A stretch of DNA of 49,132 nucleotides. It comes from Chloroflexota bacterium (GTDB lineage: Bacteria; Chloroflexota; Anaerolineae; Anaerolineales; UBA11858). Shown here piece by piece: positions 44,302 through 49,132 of this stretch. Under the pieces are notes generated by a model. That model saw only the letters and a program-made list of their open reading frames with translations. It had not been told where the DNA came from and did not search any database. The DNA is taken from NCBI GenBank assembly GCA_018263575.1, contig JAANWX010000057.1:1-49132 (forward strand). Reading direction: 5' to 3'. Position numbers and translations under genes: made by a program. Within the stretch, counting starts at the first letter, position 1, and every line of letters starts with the position of its first letter.

Positions 44302-45381
44302 ATGGATAAAGCCAACTTAGAAGCTGCTTTTCATCAAGCTTTCAGCAACACCCTTCTAGGAATTGACTCGCACGTGGGAGGGGAACCAGCCCGGATGATC
44401 GTTGGCGGCCTCCCCCCCATACCCGGCCAAACCACCAACGACAAGCGCCTGTATCTAGCTGAGAACCTGGATGAGATCCGTTTGCGAGTCACCCGAGAGC
44501 CGCGCGGTCATCGGGACATGTTCGCTACAATCCTTGTCGAACCAGAAAGTGCAGGGGCAGCTTTTGGCCTCGTTTACATGGATGCCCGCCGTTATCCCTA
44601 TCTTTGCGGGCATGCCACCATTGCCGCTGTGAGTACCCTTATCGAGTTGGGCATGATCGAGCCACAACTTCCCGAAACACCCATCGTCGTAGATACCCCA
44701 TCCGGCCCCTGGAATACCGTCGCCCATGTGCATAAAAACCCCGTCGGTGAAGGGCGCCGCTTCTTGGTCGATTCTGTCTCCATCCAACCCGAAATGGCAT
44801 TTGCACATCAACTTGACCAGCCCCTGGATGTGCCCGGGTTGGGACGCATTCAGGTAGATGTCGCATTTACAGGCGGATTCTTCGTCATGGTCTCTGCCGA
44901 CCAAATTGGACTTGATTTAACGGTCGAAAATGCCCCTCGCCTAGCACAATTGGGGATGGACATCATCGAGGCAGGAAACGCCCAGTTAGACGTGCAGCAT
45001 CCTCAGCGGTCATACATCGACACCGTTGACGTGGTAGAATTCTTTGACCCGCGCGGTCACGAGGAAAAACGCGGCAAAAATTTTGTCGTCTATGGTGAGA
45101 GCCATGTGGATCGTTCACCATGTGGGACTGGGACCTGCGCCAAACTAGCCCTGCTCAACAAGCGTGGCCAGTTGGAAGTCGGGGAAACCTTTATCAACGA
45201 GGGTTTGCTGGGGACAACTTTCGACGCCCACATCGTGCGCCAAACATCACTCGAAGACCCAACTACCGGGCGCAAATGGCCTGCCATTGTCCCCGAAGTC
45301 AGTGGAAAAGCGCACATCACCGGGCTTCAACATTTTGTTCTCACCCCAGAAGACCCGTTCCCTGAAGGATTCTTAATTTAA
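44302..45381 (+). CDS. Proline racemase / 4-hydroxyproline epimerase-family enzyme (Cys/Cys type)
   Basis: Both catalytic cysteines are present (YLCGHATIA and DRSPCGTGTCA). Confidence 0.8.
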   Translation: MDKANLEAAFHQAFSNTLLGIDSHVGGEPARMIVGGLPPIPGQTTNDKRLYLAENLDEIRLRVTREPRGHRDMFATILVEPESAGAAFGLVYMDARRYPYLCGHATIAAVSTLIELGMIEPQLPETPIVVDTPSGPWNTVAHVHKNPVGEGRRFLVDSVSIQPEMAFAHQLDQPLDVPGLGRIQVDVAFTGGFFVMVSADQIGLDLTVENAPRLAQLGMDIIEAGNAQLDVQHPQRSYIDTVDVVEFFDPRGHEEKRGKNFVVYGESHVDRSPCGTGTCAKLALLNKRGQLEVGETFINEGLLGTTFDAHIVRQTSLEDPTTGRKWPAIVPEVSGKAHITGLQHFVLTPEDPFPEGFLI

Positions 45382-45407
45382 TATAGACACATCATCTCAA
45401 CAATCTG

Positions 45408-45452
45408 GGGAGGAAAAACCAGGTTTCTCAGAGAAAGCTGGTTTTTCCTCCC
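45408..45452. repeat. 22-bp-stem TTTCTC-loop hairpin repeat just upstream of the next RBS
   Basis: gggaggaaaaaccaggtttctc-a-gagaaagctggtttttcctccc. The core accNggtttctcNgagaaaNctggtt also occurs inside korA at 40985-41015. Confidence 0.75.
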
Positions 45453-45468
45453 GTCAAAGGAGATCATC

Positions 45469-47073
45469 TTGCCGAACCTCATCCTCTACAACGGAAAACT
45501 ATACACCCAAGACCCCCAAATCCCTCACGCTTGCGCCTTGGCTATTCAAAACGGGCACATTTTGGCAGTGGGGGATGATGCCACCATCCGCGCTTTGGCA
45601 ACCTCCCACACGCAGCAACTTGACCTGGAGGGGCAGAGAGTCCTGCCCGGGCTGACAGACGCCCATTTCCACTATTACTATTGGGCCTTAGGTCTCAGGC
45701 GATTAGCCTTGGCGAATGCCAACTCCTTAACCGACCTCCGAAAACGTGTAGCACAAAGAGCAAGCGAGACACCACCCGGCCAATGGATCTTGGGCCAGGG
45801 TTGGAACGAAAGCCGTTGGCCCGAGGGCCGCATGCCCACCCGCGCCGACCTGGATGCCATTACAAGGGAACACCCCGTCATCCTCTGGCGCAACGATCTC
45901 CACTTGGCCGTGGTCAACACGCCAGCCCTCCAAAAAGCGGGTATCACAGCTAATACACCGAACCCACCGGAAGGCATCATCAACCGTGACGAATCAGGGC
46001 AACCCAACGGCATCCTGCGGGAATTAGCCATCAGCCTGGTGACCGACATCATCCCCCCACCCACCGAGAGGGAGACCATTGAAGCCATGCGGGAGGGGTT
46101 CACAATCCTGCACCGCCTGGGCCTGACCGGCGTCCACGACTACCGCATCATGGGCGGAGCCGATGGGCCGCCGGCTTTTCACGCTTACCAGCACTTAGCC
46201 GCCGCGGGCGAGTTAGCCCTGCGCATGTGGATGCTCCTCCCCGGCGAGCGGCTGGACGAGGCAATCTCTTTAGGTTTGCGCACAGGCATGGGGGGAGACA
46301 GGCTGCGCGTCGGGCACGTGAAACTATTCTCCGATGGCGGGCAGGGGGCGCGCACAGCCTGGATGCTGGAACCCTACCTGGACACGGGTGACTGCGGCAT
46401 CCCCCTGACGCCAATGGAGGAAATCGCCCACGCTATCCGCAAAGCGGACAAAGCTGGCCTGGCAGTGGCCGTTCACGCTATTGGCGACCGTGCCAACCAC
46501 GAATTGGTGAACGTCTTCGAGCAACTCGCCACGCCCCACTCGCAACCCGCCACTCGCGTCCCCCATCGTATTGAACATTTGCAAATGATTCAACCTCAAG
46601 ACGTGACCCGCCTCGGACAACAAAATGTGGTAGCCTCGGTGCAGCCAATCCACTGCCCAGACGATATCCCCATGGTTGAAAAATCAGTTGGCCAGCGCGG
46701 GCGCTTAGCGTATCCTTTCCGCGATATGCTCAACGCGGGTGTTACCCTGGCTTTCGGCTCTGACTGCCCAGTGGCTTCTCCTAATCCGTTTTTGGGCATA
46801 CACGCTGCCGTAACACGCCAACAAAGAGACGGAAAGCCGGAAGGGGGGTGGTATCCATCCCAAAGGCTGACTGTCCCCGAAGCCATTTGGGGTTTCACGA
46901 TGGGATGCGCCCTTGCCAGCGGCCAGGAAGATATACAAGGTAGCTTGACCCCTGGAAAATTTGCTGATTTAATTGTATTGGATCGAGATATATTCGACAT
47001 CCCACCAGAGCAGATTCCCGCTACCCAAGTTATGATAACCGTGCTCGATGGGCAAATCGTTTACCGGCAATAA
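45469..47073 (+). CDS. Amidohydrolase-3 family metal-dependent hydrolase
   Basis: TTG start with AAGGAG 6 nt upstream. Contains LTDAHFHY (HxH metal site); 534 aa. Confidence 0.75.
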   Translation: MPNLILYNGKLYTQDPQIPHACALAIQNGHILAVGDDATIRALATSHTQQLDLEGQRVLPGLTDAHFHYYYWALGLRRLALANANSLTDLRKRVAQRASETPPGQWILGQGWNESRWPEGRMPTRADLDAITREHPVILWRNDLHLAVVNTPALQKAGITANTPNPPEGIINRDESGQPNGILRELAISLVTDIIPPPTERETIEAMREGFTILHRLGLTGVHDYRIMGGADGPPAFHAYQHLAAAGELALRMWMLLPGERLDEAISLGLRTGMGGDRLRVGHVKLFSDGGQGARTAWMLEPYLDTGDCGIPLTPMEEIAHAIRKADKAGLAVAVHAIGDRANHELVNVFEQLATPHSQPATRVPHRIEHLQMIQPQDVTRLGQQNVVASVQPIHCPDDIPMVEKSVGQRGRLAYPFRDMLNAGVTLAFGSDCPVASPNPFLGIHAAVTRQQRDGKPEGGWYPSQRLTVPEAIWGFTMGCALASGQEDIQGSLTPGKFADLIVLDRDIFDIPPEQIPATQVMITVLDGQIVYRQ

Positions 47074-47082
47074 CTACTTCAT

Positions 47083-47394
47083 ATGAAATACTGCATTGTC
47101 ATTACCACCTGTGAAAACAGAGGAAAAGCAAAGTCCTTAGCCGATGCCATCCTTGAAAATCGCTTAGCGGCCTGCGTCCAATTGAGTAACATATCCAGCT
47201 TGTACCACTGGAAAGGAAAAATCGCTGAGGACGAGGAAATCAAGCTCCTCATCAAGACAAGAGAAGAGCGCTACAAAGAATTGGAAGCCTTTATTTCCCG
47301 GACACATGACTACGACGTTCCGGAAATTATCAAAGTGCCCATCGCCGAGGGGTCCCAGGAATATCTTGGCTGGATAAGCGATGTTACAATGTAA
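47083..47394 (+). CDS. cutA: Divalent-cation tolerance protein CutA
   Basis: 103 aa containing LAACVQL...YHWKGKI...KT. Confidence 0.85.
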   Translation: MKYCIVITTCENRGKAKSLADAILENRLAACVQLSNISSLYHWKGKIAEDEEIKLLIKTREERYKELEAFISRTHDYDVPEIIKVPIAEGSQEYLGWISDVTM

Positions 47395-47444
47395 GGAGTA
47401 AACAGAAATCCTTTCTCAAAACCTACCTTTAATGGAGTCAAACT

Positions 47445-48128
47445 ATGCAATACAAAATCAAAGGTTCAACAATGGAAACAATTGACATTCTCCTCGATAA
47501 GGGAGAATCGATATACACCGAATCAGGCGGTATGGCCTGGATGCGGGGCAATATCGCCATGGACACCAACACGCGGGGGGGCGTGATGGCTGGCCTGGGA
47601 CGCATGCTATCGGGTGAATCCCTTTTCCTGACCACCTACACTTGCCAGGGCAATCAAGCCCTGATCACCTTTGCCCCCGAGGTGCCGGGTAAAATTATGG
47701 ATGTGGAGCTAAACGCCGGGCAAAGTCTCATCTGCCAAAAGGACGCCTTCATGTGCGCCCAAGATTCTGTCACCTTGGAGATGCACTTCCGTAAAAAATT
47801 AGGAGCTGGCCTCTTTGGCGGTGAGGGATTCATCCTCCAAAAAATTACCGGGCCCGGCACAGCTTTCCTGGAAATCCCTGGAGAGGTTCGAGACTATGAG
47901 CTTAAAGCTGGCGAAGTGATGCGGGTAGACCCAGGCCATATTGCCATGTTCGAGCCAAGCGTGAGCTACGATATCAGCCGCGTGAAGGGATTCAAGAACA
48001 TCTTCTTCGCCGGGGAAGGTCTCTTCCTAGCCCAGCTCAAAGGCCCCGGCAAAGTATGGCTCCAAAGTCTCCCGCTTGCCAACTTGGCCGCCAAGCTTTA
48101 TAAGTACATGCCAAAATCGAGTAGCTAA
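47445..48128 (+). CDS. AIM24/TIGR00266-family protein (function unknown)
   Basis: 227 aa with a family-typical beta-rich sequence (ESGGMAWM...GEGFILQKITGPG...VWLQSL). Confidence 0.7.
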   Translation: MQYKIKGSTMETIDILLDKGESIYTESGGMAWMRGNIAMDTNTRGGVMAGLGRMLSGESLFLTTYTCQGNQALITFAPEVPGKIMDVELNAGQSLICQKDAFMCAQDSVTLEMHFRKKLGAGLFGGEGFILQKITGPGTAFLEIPGEVRDYELKAGEVMRVDPGHIAMFEPSVSYDISRVKGFKNIFFAGEGLFLAQLKGPGKVWLQSLPLANLAAKLYKYMPKSSS

Positions 48129-48191
48129 ATAACTGTTCGTAACTCCCAAATTAGGATCAGTAGCGAATTAATTCACTTAGCACCTTGATGC

Positions 48192-48223
48192 GAAAAATCC
48201 TCAGCGTATGCTGGGGATTTTTC
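48192..48223 (+). terminator. Rho-independent terminator candidate
   Basis: gaaaaatcctcagc-gtat-gctggggatttttc gives a 14-bp stem with one G-U pair, ending in a T-run followed by attatt. Confidence 0.6.
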
Positions 48224-48381
48224 ATTATTCCAACAATAACTTTCCCCAAAAACTTATTTATCCCAGGTCACCAATATCCAATATCTAATACACCATTTCT
48301 TCCCCTTCCCTACTCCAATCCCCGTACATATTGTACAATCAACGGCAAGAAAAGCCCTTACACATCCCATTAGGAGAAAAC

Positions 48382-48954
48382 ATGAAAACTCTCAAAGAAC
48401 GCATCTTGGCGGAAGGCGAATACCTTGGCGATGGAATCCTCAAGGTGGATAGTTTCGTCAATCATCAGGTAGACCCCAAGCTCATGGATGAAGCTGGCAA
48501 AGAATTCTCGCGCCGCTTTAAAGACGTGGGGGCCACAAAAATCCTCACCGCGGAAATCTCCGGGATTGCTCCCGCAGTGGCCACTGGCCTTCACCTGGGA
48601 ATCCCCGTCGTCTACGCCCGCAAGCGCAAACCGATCACCATGCCCGACCAGGTCCTCCTCACGCTGGCCCCCTCCCACACCAAGGGCCGCACCGTAGAGC
48701 TGATCGTCTCACCAGAATATCTAGCTGGTGGCGAACGTGTGCTAATTATTGACGACTTCCTGGCTACTGGAGCCACCATCATGGGCTTAGTCCGCTTAGC
48801 AGAAATAGCGGGCGCCAAATTAGTGGGCATTGGCACCTTGATAGAAAAAACATTCGAACGCGGCCGAATGGAATTAGAGAAATTAGGCATTCCCGTTCTC
48901 TCCCTTGCTCCCATTGTCTCCATGGATGAGAATGAAATTGTGTTCAAGGAATAG
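48382..48954 (+). CDS. xpt: Xanthine phosphoribosyltransferase
   Basis: MKTLKERILAEGEYLGDGILKVDSFVNHQVDP and PRPP loop VLIIDDFLATGAT. I place the start at ATG 48382 (AGGAG 5 nt upstream). Confidence 0.85.
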   Translation: MKTLKERILAEGEYLGDGILKVDSFVNHQVDPKLMDEAGKEFSRRFKDVGATKILTAEISGIAPAVATGLHLGIPVVYARKRKPITMPDQVLLTLAPSHTKGRTVELIVSPEYLAGGERVLIIDDFLATGATIMGLVRLAEIAGAKLVGIGTLIEKTFERGRMELEKLGIPVLSLAPIVSMDENEIVFKE

Positions 48955-49132
48955 GGAATAGGAAATCAGGGAATCAGGGAATCAGGAAACCAGGGAATCA
49001 GGGAATCAGGAAACCAGGGAATCAGGGAATCAGGAAACCAGGAATCAGGGACTAGGGAACTACCAGACTATCAGACTATCCTACTACCAGACTAACGACT
49101 ACCAGACTAACGACTACCCGACTACCAGACTA
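48955..49132. repeat. Long tandem-repeat array directly after the xpt stop: (GGGAATCA GGGAATCA GGAAACCA)x3, then ACTACCAGACTAACG-type 15-mers, running off the window
   Basis: agggaatcagggaatcaggaaacc occurs three times, followed by ctaccagactatcagactatcctactaccagactaacgactaccagactaacgactacccgactaccagacta. Confidence 0.9.

Noticed and set aside
48129-48381. Expected purine (guanine) riboswitch upstream of xpt
   Set aside because: I could not find the conserved purine-riboswitch core (UAUAAU...GGAUAUGG...CUACC...CCGUAAA...GACUAU-like strings) on the + strand. The region contains only a terminator hairpin and AT/C-rich sequence.
1-49132. tRNA, rRNA, tmRNA, group II intron, retron or cas/defence gene content
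   Set aside because: Scanning by eye found no T-loop (GGTTCGAATCC-like) contexts, no rRNA-like conserved blocks, no reverse transcriptase and no known defence-system protein signatures. A tRNAscan or covariance-model run would be needed for certainty.

Overview
49.1-kb bacterial chromosomal window of moderate GC. It is gene-dense, with about 40 credible CDS, no rRNA or tRNA genes and no CRISPR array. I cannot assign a taxon from sequence alone. The repeat biology and gene content (tungsten AOR, 2-oxoacid:ferredoxin oxidoreductase, CysO/MoeZ) suggest a filamentous Chloroflexota-like or similar lineage. Left part (1-13.5 kb): a Cys/Met PLP enzyme, a secreted esterase, a GH5-like glycosidase, a secreted CBM-type protein interrupted by one in-frame TAA, an EamA transporter, a methyltransferase, and a minus-strand operon cysM - JAMM protease - small unknown - (CysO-like carrier fused to MoeZ-type E1/rhodanese) - mutY. 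Middle (13.6-16.8 kb): an AT-rich island holding an IS1182-like element with imperfect terminal inverted repeats and a frameshifted transposase, inserted next to a 5'-truncated second DDE transposase. Right part (16.8-47 kb): a large amino-acid and organic-acid catabolic region. It contains Lrp, a MoaD-like carrier, aldehyde:ferredoxin oxidoreductase, two class-III aminotransferases, CoA-transferase A/B split by a small PD-(D/E)XK (GxxExxY) gene cassette, thiolase, a full LIV-type ABC transporter, CBS-ACT, an FAD oxidoreductase, an Ord-like amine dehydrogenase, a long KamA-family radical-SAM aminomutase, a C45 peptidase, KorAB, a truncated second LIV operon, a proline-racemase-family enzyme and an amidohydrolase. 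The window ends with cutA, an AIM24-family gene and xpt. Intergenic DNA is saturated with several dispersed repeat families: 7-8-nt tandem arrays directly after stop codons or before start codons, GGTCTCC palindromes, GEGxGVR-type hairpins, TTTCT-loop hairpins and GTGCAWTGCAC hairpins. Some of these run into coding 3' ends. The most unusual items are the carrier-E1 fusion with an adjacent JAMM protease, the long-form KamA / amine dehydrogenase / FAD oxidase / C45 module, and the repeat-flanked GxxExxY cassette inside the CoA-transferase operon. All functional calls come from motif recognition by eye; no searches were run.
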